Source: an uncultured SAR86 cluster bacterium
GTDB lineage: Bacteria > Pseudomonadota > Gammaproteobacteria > Magnimaribacterales > D2472
Assembly (NCBI GenBank): GCA_902511575.1
Contig: CABXFU010000004.1
Coordinates: 65,350 to 129,349, forward strand
Direction: 5' to 3'
Length of the DNA stretch: 64,000 nt
Shown here: positions 9,681 through 19,988 of the stretch, piece by piece
Numbering within the stretch: position 1 is the stretch's first letter
Layout of the letters: each line of letters starts with the position of its first letter
Translations under genes and position numbers: made by a program
Notes under the pieces: model-generated
What the model was told of the DNA's origin: nothing
Databases searched by the model: none
What the model saw: only the letters and a program-made list of their open reading frames with translations

Positions 9681-12287
9681 ATGATAAATACTATTAAAAG
9701 TAATACAAAAAACCTTAAAAAACTTTTTAATAAGAAGTCTTTTGACAAATTCTTTGGCAGGATTGTATCTGCCATCTCCGCACTGGCAATTATTAACGCC
9801 TCTGCATACAGTGGATATATATCTGCTCAATCTCAAGCAACCATTGAAGAGGTTGTTGTTACCTCTAGAAAAAAGGCTGAAGGACTTCAAGATGTTCCTC
9901 TTTCTGTTAATGCTCTCACTGAGGAGTCCCTTGAGCAAAAAGGAATAAATGTATTCGAAGATTACTTAATGCAATTACCAGGTGTTACCGCTGGTGGATC
10001 AGGCCCTGGTCAAAGCACTATATATATTAGAGGCCTAGCTTCTACTACCCCCAACCTAACTACTGCAGGTGTTGCAGGTTTAGCTCCTAATGTTGCTTTT
10101 TATCTAGATGAGCAACCATTAGGTCAGCCAGGCCGAAACTTAGATGTGTATGCTGCCGATGTTGGGCGTGTTGAGGTCCTATCAGGACCACAAGGAACTT
10201 TATTTGGCGCTAGCTCACAAGCTGGTGTTGTTCGCATGATTACCAACAAACCTGTGATAGGTGAATCATCAAGCAGTCTAGAGGTTGAAGCTAGAGCTAT
10301 GCCTGATGGTGATAATGGTAGCAAATTTGAATACGTCTCCAATATTCCTTTGGGTGATTCTACAGCTATGAGATTTGTAGCTTACAGTGATCGAAGAGGT
10401 GGTTACATTGATCAAGTTGGAGGAACGCTTACTGCAGCTCAATCAGCACGTTTCAGAAAGGCTGGTACCGTAAGGCAAAATGGTCTGCCTGTTTCTTCAT
10501 CAAGAGCTGGTTTTCAGGCTGGTGCTGATCTTTCAGGCGCTACACTTTTAAGTGCACTTGCTCATGTTGAAGAAGATGCTAACCCAGTTGATTACACAGG
10601 CTTTAGAGCAAGTATCGCTCATGAGATTAACGATAATTGGGACGTTTTAGCAACTGTTGCTAATCAAACCATAGATGCTGATGGTGTATTTTTTGTCGAT
10701 CCTACTTTGGGTGACTTGGAAATCCAAAGATATACTAATGACACTATAGAAGATGAATTTGATAACATGAGCCTTACTCTTAAGGGTTCAATTGGTGATC
10801 TTGAAGTTCTTTATACAGGTGCTTATACAGATAGAACAACAGATCAGGATGTAGATTACACTGACTATCTTTTTGTAGGACAGTATCTCCCATACTACAT
10901 TTGTGATTATTACGTAACGTATACAAAGTTTGCTCCTGGCAATGTTCCAACTGGAACCTGTGGCGCACCAAACTTGCTGGTTGATTCAACAACAAATACT
11001 GAAGTCACAACCCATGAATTCCGTATTAATGCTCCAATAAATGATACTACTAGCCTTACAGCTGGTGTATTTTTCAGTGACTTAGAGCTAACAGAGTTAA
11101 ACTTATTTACATATCCAAGTTCTGTAGATAATGACATTACTTATGCTGCAAACTATGCTTTAACAGACACATCCGTTACTGGATCAATCAACAACGCAAG
11201 TCCAGGTTGGTTCTCGGCTGGACCATTCAGTGAGCCGGTAATTTTCTTTAACGATATTAAGAGAACGGATAAACAAAAGGGTGTATTTGGTGAGTTAAGT
11301 TTTGATACTTCAGAAACATCTGAACTTACTGTGGGTGTTAGATGGTATGACATTGAGGTCGACTTTGAAGGTAGTGCTAACTCATCTTTCTATAATGGAT
11401 TTGGTAACCCCGATACTCAGCAATTTGGATCTAATTTATCCGCTCAATATGCACCAGGAAACCCTAATGGTTATCCAGATAAGGCTAAAAGCGATGGTAC
11501 GATTGGAAAAATAACTTATTCATGGAATCCATCTGAAGACATTATGTATTATGTCACTTGGTCTGAAGGCTTTAGACCAGGCTTATTAAACAGACCTGTA
11601 GGCGCGTCTAATGCAGCTGGAACATACTCAGTTAAACCTGAAGTAAAATCTGATGAGGTTACAAACTATGAATTTGGATGGAAAGCTCTCCTTGCTGATG
11701 GCCGACTTAGATTTAATGGTAGTGCCTTTGCTGTTGATGTGACAGGTCTTCAGTCAACTGTATTTGATCCAAGTATTGTTAACTTGTTCTTCTCTGATAA
11801 CGCGGCCGATGCTGAGATTAGAGGTGTTGAAGGAGACTTTACTTATGTCCCTGATCTAGATGGCTGGGTTTGGTCTGGTGCTTTTTCAATATTAGATACA
11901 GAGATTACCAAAAGCTTAGTTCCAACTACTGACGTGATCGTTGGATCAGATCTAGCATTTGCTCCTGGAATGCAAGGGAATTTAAGTGTTAGAAAAGAAT
12001 GGGCCATGACAGCTGGTAATACTGGACATTTTCAAGCTCAACTTACATGGTCAGATGATAGCTATTCTGATGTTATGGAACCAAACAAAGCTCTTCAAGA
12101 CAGCTACAGCTTTATGAATGTTCGATGGGGAGTTACCAATGATAATTGGTTGGCTGAAGCCTATATCGACAACATAACTGATGAAAGAGCTGAGATTAAC
12201 AATACCTTTGTCTTTGATAGGCAGCGTGTAGGGATTATTAGACCGACTACTGTAGGGCTAAGATTCAAAAGGTATTTTAACGACTAG
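9681..12287 (+). CDS. TonB-dependent receptor (TBDR 1)
   Basis: Signal peptide, then a TonB-box/plug start IEEVVVTSRKKAEGLQDVPLSVNALT and the plug motif RVEVLSGPQGTLFGASSQAGVVRMITNKP. A GGGGGG SD precedes the start. The C-terminal beta-barrel block is VGLRFKRYF. Confidence 0.9.
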   Translation: MINTIKSNTKNLKKLFNKKSFDKFFGRIVSAISALAIINASAYSGYISAQSQATIEEVVVTSRKKAEGLQDVPLSVNALTEESLEQKGINVFEDYLMQLPGVTAGGSGPGQSTIYIRGLASTTPNLTTAGVAGLAPNVAFYLDEQPLGQPGRNLDVYAADVGRVEVLSGPQGTLFGASSQAGVVRMITNKPVIGESSSSLEVEARAMPDGDNGSKFEYVSNIPLGDSTAMRFVAYSDRRGGYIDQVGGTLTAAQSARFRKAGTVRQNGLPVSSSRAGFQAGADLSGATLLSALAHVEEDANPVDYTGFRASIAHEINDNWDVLATVANQTIDADGVFFVDPTLGDLEIQRYTNDTIEDEFDNMSLTLKGSIGDLEVLYTGAYTDRTTDQDVDYTDYLFVGQYLPYYICDYYVTYTKFAPGNVPTGTCGAPNLLVDSTTNTEVTTHEFRINAPINDTTSLTAGVFFSDLELTELNLFTYPSSVDNDITYAANYALTDTSVTGSINNASPGWFSAGPFSEPVIFFNDIKRTDKQKGVFGELSFDTSETSELTVGVRWYDIEVDFEGSANSSFYNGFGNPDTQQFGSNLSAQYAPGNPNGYPDKAKSDGTIGKITYSWNPSEDIMYYVTWSEGFRPGLLNRPVGASNAAGTYSVKPEVKSDEVTNYEFGWKALLADGRLRFNGSAFAVDVTGLQSTVFDPSIVNLFFSDNAADAEIRGVEGDFTYVPDLDGWVWSGAFSILDTEITKSLVPTTDVIVGSDLAFAPGMQGNLSVRKEWAMTAGNTGHFQAQLTWSDDSYSDVMEPNKALQDSYSFMNVRWGVTNDNWLAEAYIDNITDERAEINNTFVFDRQRVGIIRPTTVGLRFKRYFND

Positions 12288-12310
12288 GTCTAGTTTTATA
12301 AAAAGTAAAA

Positions 12311-12332
12311 GGGGAGCGCAAGCTCCCTTTTT
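12311..12332 (+). terminator. Rho-independent terminator after TBDR 1
   Basis: GGGAGC-GCAA-GCTCCC followed by TTTTT. Confidence 0.8.
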
Positions 12333-12381
12333 ACTTTCATAAGAAATATTATCTATTATCTTTGTTAAAATTATATAAAAA

Positions 12382-14424
12382 ATGAAAGAAGATAAATCCA
12401 ATATCAATGATCCAACTTTATCAGTAGATTTAAGCGAGGCTACGCAGGCCGTCAAGGAAAATAGATTTGAAGATGCACTAGCTCTATTTGAAATCATTCT
12501 CAATAATCATCCTGACAATATAGATGCTTTATATCTTGCCTCTGTTTCCTCTAGATATTTGAAAAGATTTGACGACTCACATAAATATATTGAATCCTTG
12601 TTGCTCAATGCTCCAGATATGGGTAGAGCTTATCAAGAGCTTGGCCATATCAATAGAGATATGGGAAATGAAGAAAAAGCTGCAATTAATTACAGGCAAG
12701 CCTGCGAGCTAAACCCGGCATTGCTTTCCTCATGGAACCTCCTTTATCAATATTTTATTAAAAATAAAAATCAACCTGCTGCTGATCATGCCAAGCAACA
12801 AATTGAAAAGCTTCAATCTCTACCTCCTGCATTGCTATATATTGATCAGATACTAAATGAAGGTAGATTGGGATTAGCAGAAAGACAGTGCAGAGCCTTT
12901 CTAAAAAAGAACCCAACTCATACCTATGCAATGTCACTCTTATCCGAAATTGCCAATCGATTGGGTTATTTTGATGATGCAGAATTTTTGCTAGAAAAAG
13001 CAGTGGAATTCAAACCAAATGATGGCGATCTTAGAATGCAATATGCTGCCGTTCTTAGAAAAAAACAAAAATTTGCTAAAACCATGGAGCAAGTCAATAT
13101 TCTTTGCGATCAATATCCTGATAACCCTGTCTATCAAGCTCAAAAAGCTAGTGAAATGATGCAAAACGGTGATCACCAGCAAGCAATCACAATGTTCGAT
13201 GATATTCTTAATAATAATCCATATAATTTCAGTACACATACATCGAAAGGTCATGCTCAAAAAACTCTTGGAAAAACAAACCAAGCAATCAATAGTTATC
13301 AAAATGCTTACAAAATCAAACCAGATCATGGCGAAGCATTCTTCTCACTTGCAAACCTAAAAACCTATTCTTTTACATCAGATGAGTTAAATAGTATGAG
13401 AGATCAAGTGAAAAGAGTTGATTTATCATTAAGGGATAAGGCTTATTTTCATTTTGCTCTAGCTCAAGGCTGTGAAGTTATCGATGAGTTTGATGAAGCT
13501 TTTTTTCATTTACAACAAGGCAACAAAATTAAAAATGATCAAAGCAAATATTCTATTGAAAGAATGGATGCCGAACTGCAAGCACAGATAGATATCTGTG
13601 ATGAAGAATTCTTTAAAAGCATAGGTAGCGGAGGGCACGAAACAAAAGATCCAATTTTTATTTTAGGTCTTCCGAGGGCGGGCTCAACACTTATTGAGCA
13701 AATTCTTGCCTCCCATTCAATGATCGATGGAACCTTAGAGCTTCCAAACATCTTATCGATAGCTCAAAGCCTTAGAGGTGATGATATTTATGGTAAGTTA
13801 GGAAACTACCCAAAGAGCATGGGCTCATTAACACAGATGCAAAGAGAGGACTTCGGAAAACAATTTATTGAAGACACTCGTATGCATAGAAAAGACGCGC
13901 CTATGTTTACTGACAAGATGCCTAACAACTTTAGGCACATTGGATTAATTCACTTGATTTTGCCAAATGCAAAGATTATTGATGCAAGAAGGTATCCATT
14001 AGATTGCTGCTTTAGCATGTTCAAGCAATTATTTGCTCAAGGGCAGGAATTTTCATATGGTTTGGCTGAGGCAGGCAGTTATTACAAGAGCTATGTAAAG
14101 CTTATGGATCATTGGGATAAAGTATTACCAAATAAGATATTAAGAGTTAACAATGAAGATGTCATCGAGGATCTTGAAGGTCAAGTTAAAAGAATGTTGG
14201 ATTTTCTTGATTTACCATTTGAAGAAGATTGCATATCATTCTATGAAACCGATAGATCTGTTAGAACTGCTAGCTCAGAACAGGTTAGACAGCCAATTAA
14301 TAAAAAGGGCATGGGTAGATGGAAGCCTTATGCTAAAAATTTAAAACCATTTATAGAAAGCATTGGTGAGGACCTTCTTCATCCAGAGGATATTGCCCTA
14401 ATTAAGCAAAGTGCATATAAATAA
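12382..14424 (+). CDS. TPR-repeat-containing sulfotransferase family protein
   Basis: 680 aa. The N-terminal half is TPR-like (repeated A..Y....L/P helix pairs). The C-terminal half carries the PAPS 5'-PSB loop ILGLPRAGSTLIEQIL and a 3'-PB-like IIDARRYPLDCCFS. Confidence 0.8.
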   Translation: MKEDKSNINDPTLSVDLSEATQAVKENRFEDALALFEIILNNHPDNIDALYLASVSSRYLKRFDDSHKYIESLLLNAPDMGRAYQELGHINRDMGNEEKAAINYRQACELNPALLSSWNLLYQYFIKNKNQPAADHAKQQIEKLQSLPPALLYIDQILNEGRLGLAERQCRAFLKKNPTHTYAMSLLSEIANRLGYFDDAEFLLEKAVEFKPNDGDLRMQYAAVLRKKQKFAKTMEQVNILCDQYPDNPVYQAQKASEMMQNGDHQQAITMFDDILNNNPYNFSTHTSKGHAQKTLGKTNQAINSYQNAYKIKPDHGEAFFSLANLKTYSFTSDELNSMRDQVKRVDLSLRDKAYFHFALAQGCEVIDEFDEAFFHLQQGNKIKNDQSKYSIERMDAELQAQIDICDEEFFKSIGSGGHETKDPIFILGLPRAGSTLIEQILASHSMIDGTLELPNILSIAQSLRGDDIYGKLGNYPKSMGSLTQMQREDFGKQFIEDTRMHRKDAPMFTDKMPNNFRHIGLIHLILPNAKIIDARRYPLDCCFSMFKQLFAQGQEFSYGLAEAGSYYKSYVKLMDHWDKVLPNKILRVNNEDVIEDLEGQVKRMLDFLDLPFEEDCISFYETDRSVRTASSEQVRQPINKKGMGRWKPYAKNLKPFIESIGEDLLHPEDIALIKQSAYK

Positions 14425-14472
14425 TTTTTCGCAGATGGCAATTCATCTCCTATCAATAAAATAAAAAAATTC

Positions 14473-15237
14473 ATGTCAATTATCAAAGCAATTAACCTTG
14501 AGAAGCATTATCCAAATCCAGAGAACCCAGGAAAAACTTTTGCAGCTGTAAATGCTATAAATCTTACTATTAATGCTGGTGAAATCTTTGGCTTATTAGG
14601 CCCAAATGGTGCTGGTAAAACTTCAACATTGGAGATGCTTGAGGGATTGAGTGCAATTGATAATGGAGAGGTTTTTGTTGACAATATTGATGTTAAAAAT
14701 GATCCCTATGAAGTCAAAAAAATAATCGGGGTGCAACTACAATCGAATGAATATTTTGATAGATTGAATTTATCTGATCTCTTAATTCTTTTTGCAAATC
14801 TTTACTCTGTATCAATTGATCCTAGGGCTTTGCTTGCAAAGGTAGATTTAGAAAACAAAATACATGCTTTGCCTGATGACTTATCTGGCGGACAAAAACA
14901 AAGATTCTCTATAGCTTGTGCTTTGGTTAATAATCCAAAAATATTGTTCCTTGATGAGCCAACCACTGGACTAGATCCTCAAGCAAAAAGAAATCTCTGG
15001 AATTTAGTTAAAGAATTGAACGAGGAGGGTATGACCATCGTCTTAACAACCCACAATATGGAAGAGGCTGAATATCTTTGTAACAGGATTGCAATTATGG
15101 ATAAAGGTTCGATTATTGCTCAAGATACTCCACAACAACTTATCTTAGACTTTGCTCCAGACCCACACGAGACACCAACGCAAGGAAATATTGAAGATGT
15201 ATTTTTGGCTCTCACTGGACATGGGTTGAGAGACTAA
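14473..15237 (+). CDS. ABC transporter ATP-binding protein (ABC-2 / NodI-DrrA type)
   Basis: Walker A GPNGAGKTS, signature LSGGQKQR and Walker B ILFLDEPTTGLD. Confidence 0.9.
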   Translation: MSIIKAINLEKHYPNPENPGKTFAAVNAINLTINAGEIFGLLGPNGAGKTSTLEMLEGLSAIDNGEVFVDNIDVKNDPYEVKKIIGVQLQSNEYFDRLNLSDLLILFANLYSVSIDPRALLAKVDLENKIHALPDDLSGGQKQRFSIACALVNNPKILFLDEPTTGLDPQAKRNLWNLVKELNEEGMTIVLTTHNMEEAEYLCNRIAIMDKGSIIAQDTPQQLILDFAPDPHETPTQGNIEDVFLALTGHGLRD

Positions 15238-15240
15238 ATT

Positions 15241-16329
15241 ATGTTTACTAAACCACAAATTCATTTAGCTTCTATCTTTATTAAGATCTTTTATCGAGAT
15301 CGACAGTCGCTCTTCTTTAGTTTGCTTTTTCCATTAATTTTCACCTGTATTTTTTTATTTTCTGGTGGTGAGCCCAACCCCACTAAATTAGGTTTAGTGA
15401 ATCAGTCCGAAAATGAACTTTCATTAAAATTTGTGGAACTTGTAAAAAAAGAAAAATCTTTTCTTGTGAAAGAGGGTTCAGAATTGGAACTAAAAGAGGA
15501 ATTAATTGCCGCAGATCAAACGGCTATTATTATCATCCCTAAAAATTTTAATGAGTTTCCAGATCCTGGAATGCTGAGATTATTGCTTGATGCATCACAA
15601 GTTAGACAAGTGGGCGCCATTAGGGACTCTCTAGAGGCAGTGCTTCTTTCTATTGAGAGGGATATTCGAAATATAGAGCCTATGTTTTCTTTGCAGCTTG
15701 AAGATGTTAAATCTAGACCTCAAAGATATATTGATTTTTTACTTCCTGGAATTTTGGCATACATGCTGATGAATCTTTGCATCGCTGGGAGCGGATTCAA
15801 TATTGTTGAATATCGCAGAAGAGGAATTCTCAAAAGACTCTTTGTCACCCCAATCCAACCCAAGGATTTTATTATTTCAATTGTTCTAGCACGAATGTTT
15901 ATTATTATGATGCAGCTTTCAGTGATTCTAGGTCTCGCAATAGGGCTCTTAAAAATTAATATAGTTGGAGGGCTTGTACCTCTTTATGGTGTAATTTTAT
16001 TCGGTGCGTTTATTTTTTTGTGTGTTGGCTTTTTTCTTGGCAGCCTTGCGAAAACGCAAGAGTCAATCCGTCCATTGGTATTACTATTTACTTTTCCGCA
16101 ATTGATCTTATCTGGTATTTTTTTTCCAATCTCTTATCTGCCAGGATTGATTCAGCCTATAGCTAGCGGTTTACCATTAAGTGTTATCGCTTCTACCATG
16201 AGAAATATTGCAAATGATGGCGGGGCATTATTTGCGATTAACTTTAATTTTTTTGGCATCGTTTTTTGGGCATTTTTTAGTTTTTTTATAGCTACAAAGT
16301 TCTTTGTTTGGCAGAAAGTAGCTTCTTAA
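15241..16329 (+). CDS. ABC-2 type transporter permease
   Basis: 362 aa. An N-terminal TM helix and a large loop are followed by 5 C-terminal TM helices. It starts 3 nt after the ATPase stop. Confidence 0.8.
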   Translation: MFTKPQIHLASIFIKIFYRDRQSLFFSLLFPLIFTCIFLFSGGEPNPTKLGLVNQSENELSLKFVELVKKEKSFLVKEGSELELKEELIAADQTAIIIIPKNFNEFPDPGMLRLLLDASQVRQVGAIRDSLEAVLLSIERDIRNIEPMFSLQLEDVKSRPQRYIDFLLPGILAYMLMNLCIAGSGFNIVEYRRRGILKRLFVTPIQPKDFIISIVLARMFIIMMQLSVILGLAIGLLKINIVGGLVPLYGVILFGAFIFLCVGFFLGSLAKTQESIRPLVLLFTFPQLILSGIFFPISYLPGLIQPIASGLPLSVIASTMRNIANDGGALFAINFNFFGIVFWAFFSFFIATKFFVWQKVAS

Positions 16330-16411
16330 ATTATTACGTAAAATTATCTTCCTAAAACACATTTTTTGTATATAATTGACAACGTTATCAAATGAGGGTG
16401 CTATAAATAAT

Positions 16412-16654
16412 ATGAAAAAAGAAGAATTAGTTGAAATTTTTTCCGATCTTCATCCTGAAGATACTGCTGGAATTATGACTGGAGAAGTTCATTTGTCAGA
16501 TGGAACTGTTATGAAAACAGACTCTCTAAGAGTTGACATGGATGGGGGTAGAATTATTCTTTCTGAAGAAAAATCAACAATGTATGAAACCAATAAACGT
16601 AATTGGATTCAAGAACTAATTTTTTATAAAAACAAAAAACGAAAATCCGCCTAA
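16412..16654 (+). CDS. Hypothetical small protein (80 aa from this ATG; the track ORF starts at a TTG at 16376)
   Basis: ORF only. GAGGGTG lies upstream of the ATG, and a TATAAT sits at 16371-16376. No recognisable motif. The C-terminus is basic (KNKKRKSA). Confidence 0.35.
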   Translation: MKKEELVEIFSDLHPEDTAGIMTGEVHLSDGTVMKTDSLRVDMDGGRIILSEEKSTMYETNKRNWIQELIFYKNKKRKSA

Positions 16655-16763
16655 GGGCTTGATTCCTTTTTGAAGTCTAAATTTTTAGACCTTCATCTCA
16701 CTCCCCTTATTAGCATTAATTTTCTTCTTGCCAATATCAACTCGAACTAGATAAGATAAATCT

Positions 16764-19700
16764 ATGTTCTTTAATAGCGAGGGTAAGTTTGCCGATGAGC
16801 AGGAACTGGCAAAGTTCTTGCTTGGAGAATCATATTTTTTAGATGATCCAGAAATAGCTCAACACACCCAATCAATCATTCAATATTGTCGAAGCAATAA
16901 AAATCAACGCACAAAATTAGATGCTTTTATGGAGCAATATGGGCTCTCCAACTCAGAGGGAATTGCTCTCATGTGCTTGGCTGAATCATTGATGCGAATT
17001 CCAGATACTAAAACTAGAGACGCTTTAATTAATGAAAAACTTACTTCGGCAAAGTGGTCCGAGCATTTAGGTAAGGCTGAGAGTTTTCTAGTTAATTCTG
17101 CAACTTGGGGTCTTACTTTCTCAAAAGAATTTCTTCGAGCATCTAATCATGTAAGCAATAATTGGTTAATTGCGCTTGGTAAGAAAATTGGAGAGTCCTC
17201 CATCAGAGAGGCTATTCAGGTAGCTATGCAAGTCCTTAGTAAAGAGTTTGTTTGTGCGGAAAGTATTAAAGAGCTTAAGGAATCAAAATGGCTAAAGACT
17301 CATTCATGCTCTTTTGACATGCTTGGAGAGGCAGCACGTAACGAAGAGCAGTCAATTAAGTATTTTGAGTCTTACATGGAGTCCATTCAATTAATTTCAG
17401 AGATTAATCATGATGCGAGTTTAAATAATGGAATATCAATTAAGCTATCTGCACTATATTCTCAGTATGACACTCTACATAGTAAGAATGTAGCTAAAGC
17501 CTTACTTCCAAGGCTTAGAGATCTTGTTGTTGAGGCAGCAAGAAAGGGCGTGGCTGTAACCATTGATGCAGAAGAGCAAGATCGCTTATCTTTAAGCCTA
17601 GACTTATTTAATACTCTTGCTTTAGATCCTGCAATCAAATCATGGCCTGGACTTGGCATAGCGGTTCAAGCTTATGGCAAACGATCGCTTGCTGTCGTTG
17701 ATTGGCTAGATAACCTATCTAAAAAGCGAGACAAGATGCACGTGCGACTTGTGAAGGGGGCTTATTGGGACTATGAAATTAAAAATGCTCAAGTCAAAGG
17801 GCTTAATGGTTATCCTGTTTTTACCAACAAACACCTTACCGATCTTAATTATCTTGTTACAGCCAAGAGGCTTATTGAATGCGAAAGGCTGGACGCCAGT
17901 TTTGCAACTCATAACGCTCACTCAATTGCTTCTCTTATGAGTCTTAGCGAAAGCGCTGATAGCAAGATAGAATTCCAAAGGCTTTATGGAATGGGAGAGT
18001 TGCTGTATTCAGCCTGCGAAGAATCCTATAAGAGATTCCCAGAAACAACTATTTATTGTCCTATAGGTCGGCATAAAGAGTTGTTGCCATATTTGGTTAG
18101 AAGGCTTTTAGAGAATGGAGCAAATAGCTCATTTATTAATAAATATTTAAATAACAGTATTCCAGCGATGGAGCTAGCTCAAAATCCAGGAAACAAAATT
18201 ATGGAGGAGATAGATCATTTAGATATTTCGAATTTACCTTTGCCAAGAAATTTATATCTCCCACGTCTTAACTCTCATGGATTTGATTTAAATGAGATGG
18301 ACTGCATTGAGAACCTAATGAGCAAGGTGAATAAACTTTCTGAATTGAGTTTTCATGCTCATTCAATATCACCCCACAATCCTCTAAAAAATTTACCTAT
18401 TGAAATTACTTCCAAATGCAATGAAAAAACTATTGGTTTTGTGGAAACCTGCGATTTTAAATCCATTGATATCAATTGCATTCATCCCTCAGATCAATGG
18501 ACTAATTGCTCAATAGAATTTAGAAATAAAATCCTAATTTCTGTTGCAGACAAGCTTGAGGATGAGCAAGCTAAGTTTGTGTATTTGTTAATGCATGAAG
18601 CTGGCAAAACACTTGAAGATGCCCTAGATGAAATCAGAGAGGCGGTTGATTTCCTGAGATATTATTCTAAACAAGCCACAAATTTACAGCCTGTTTCTCA
18701 AAGAGGCCCAACTGGAGAGGATAATATTTTGGAATATGGTCCAAAAGGCACAGTTTTGTGCATTAGTCCGTGGAATTTTCCTTTGGCAATTACAATTGGA
18801 CAAATTGCAGCTGCTTTAGCTGGCGGCAATACAGTTATCTCTAAACCTTCTGAGCATACTCCAATTATTGCTTTTGAAGTTATTAATCTATTTTTTGAAC
18901 AAGGGCTTCCAGAAGATGCACTCCATTTATTCCTTGGGAATGGTGATTTGGGCCAGAATATTATATTGAATCAAGCTATAGATTTAGTTGCCTTTACTGG
19001 TTCTTTGCATACTGCAAAAGAGATTCATAAAAATTTATCTTTAAAACCGGGAAAAATCATCCCATTAATTGCTGAAACAGGAGGATTGAATGCAATGATT
19101 GTGGATTCGAGCGCTTTATTAGAAAGGGCTTGCGATGATATTATGCGCTCAGCTTTTAACTCCGCAGGTCAAAGATGTTCAGCTTTAAGGCTGCTTCTTG
19201 TTCATCAAGAAGTCTATTCAGAACTTCTTTCAATGTTAAAAGGTGCCATGAATGATCTTACGATCGGCCCTCCAGATCAACTCCACACTGATGTTGGTCC
19301 GATTATTACTTTTGATGCAATGAAAAAGCTAAAGCTTTATCTCACCAAAATGGAATCTGATGGGCACTCTTTGTATCAAGCATCAAACAAACCTGTACCC
19401 AGAAAAGGTACTTGGCTTGCACCAACTTTAATTGAGCTTGAATTAAACTCTATGCCTAATGAAGAGCAGTTTGGGCCTATTTTGCATGTAATGCCATTTT
19501 CTGAAGATACCCTCATCGATTCTTTAAAAAAAATTAATGCAAAAGGTTTTGCACTTACTTTTGGAATTCATACCAGAATTGATGCAAAGGCTCTAGACGT
19601 TGCAAAGCAAACCTCAAGTGGAAACATATATATCAATCGAGATATTGTCGGTGCTGTAGTTGAAACACAACCTTTTGGAGGAAAGAATCTTTCAGGCTCA

Positions 19701-19820
19701 GGTTTTAAAGCTGGAGGGCCGAATTATCTATTGCAATTCATGGATGAGAGGGTCATTACAGTAAATACTGTGGCTATTGGTGGAAACATAGATCTAATTA
19801 ATCTAAATAACGATAATTAG
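16764..19820 (+). CDS. putA: Bifunctional proline dehydrogenase / L-glutamate-gamma-semialdehyde dehydrogenase
   Basis: 1018 aa. The proline dehydrogenase barrel region (...RLYGMGELL...YCPIG.HKELLPYLVRRLLENGANSSF) is followed by an ALDH domain with LIAETGGLNAM and FNSAGQRCSALR. There is no N-terminal RHH domain. Confidence 0.9.
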   Translation: MFFNSEGKFADEQELAKFLLGESYFLDDPEIAQHTQSIIQYCRSNKNQRTKLDAFMEQYGLSNSEGIALMCLAESLMRIPDTKTRDALINEKLTSAKWSEHLGKAESFLVNSATWGLTFSKEFLRASNHVSNNWLIALGKKIGESSIREAIQVAMQVLSKEFVCAESIKELKESKWLKTHSCSFDMLGEAARNEEQSIKYFESYMESIQLISEINHDASLNNGISIKLSALYSQYDTLHSKNVAKALLPRLRDLVVEAARKGVAVTIDAEEQDRLSLSLDLFNTLALDPAIKSWPGLGIAVQAYGKRSLAVVDWLDNLSKKRDKMHVRLVKGAYWDYEIKNAQVKGLNGYPVFTNKHLTDLNYLVTAKRLIECERLDASFATHNAHSIASLMSLSESADSKIEFQRLYGMGELLYSACEESYKRFPETTIYCPIGRHKELLPYLVRRLLENGANSSFINKYLNNSIPAMELAQNPGNKIMEEIDHLDISNLPLPRNLYLPRLNSHGFDLNEMDCIENLMSKVNKLSELSFHAHSISPHNPLKNLPIEITSKCNEKTIGFVETCDFKSIDINCIHPSDQWTNCSIEFRNKILISVADKLEDEQAKFVYLLMHEAGKTLEDALDEIREAVDFLRYYSKQATNLQPVSQRGPTGEDNILEYGPKGTVLCISPWNFPLAITIGQIAAALAGGNTVISKPSEHTPIIAFEVINLFFEQGLPEDALHLFLGNGDLGQNIILNQAIDLVAFTGSLHTAKEIHKNLSLKPGKIIPLIAETGGLNAMIVDSSALLERACDDIMRSAFNSAGQRCSALRLLLVHQEVYSELLSMLKGAMNDLTIGPPDQLHTDVGPIITFDAMKKLKLYLTKMESDGHSLYQASNKPVPRKGTWLAPTLIELELNSMPNEEQFGPILHVMPFSEDTLIDSLKKINAKGFALTFGIHTRIDAKALDVAKQTSSGNIYINRDIVGAVVETQPFGGKNLSGSGFKAGGPNYLLQFMDERVITVNTVAIGGNIDLINLNNDN

Positions 19821-19847
19821 TATTAATAGCACTTAAACACTTAGTTT

Positions 19848-19870
19848 TTTGTTACATAAATTGTAACAAA
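19848..19870. promoter_or_regulatory. Inverted repeat TTTGTTACA-TAAAT-TGTAACAAA between putA and TBDR 2
   Basis: Perfect 9-bp arms read directly from the sequence. No U-tract follows. It could be an operator or a weak terminator. Confidence 0.35.
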
Positions 19871-19988
19871 GCCTATAACTACAACGTTTTCTTTTATTTA
19901 TTCCAATTTTAATTCGCTAAAACAGCTGATTTGGTGTATAAAGCACCATAAATTAATTTTTTTTTTATCTATTCTTAGGGAGATAATT

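Noticed and set aside
12270-12287. TBDR 1 ends ...KRYFND rather than with a terminal aromatic residue.
   Set aside because: An aromatic residue lies at -3 and a clean terminator follows, so this is probably natural variation rather than a frameshift or truncation.
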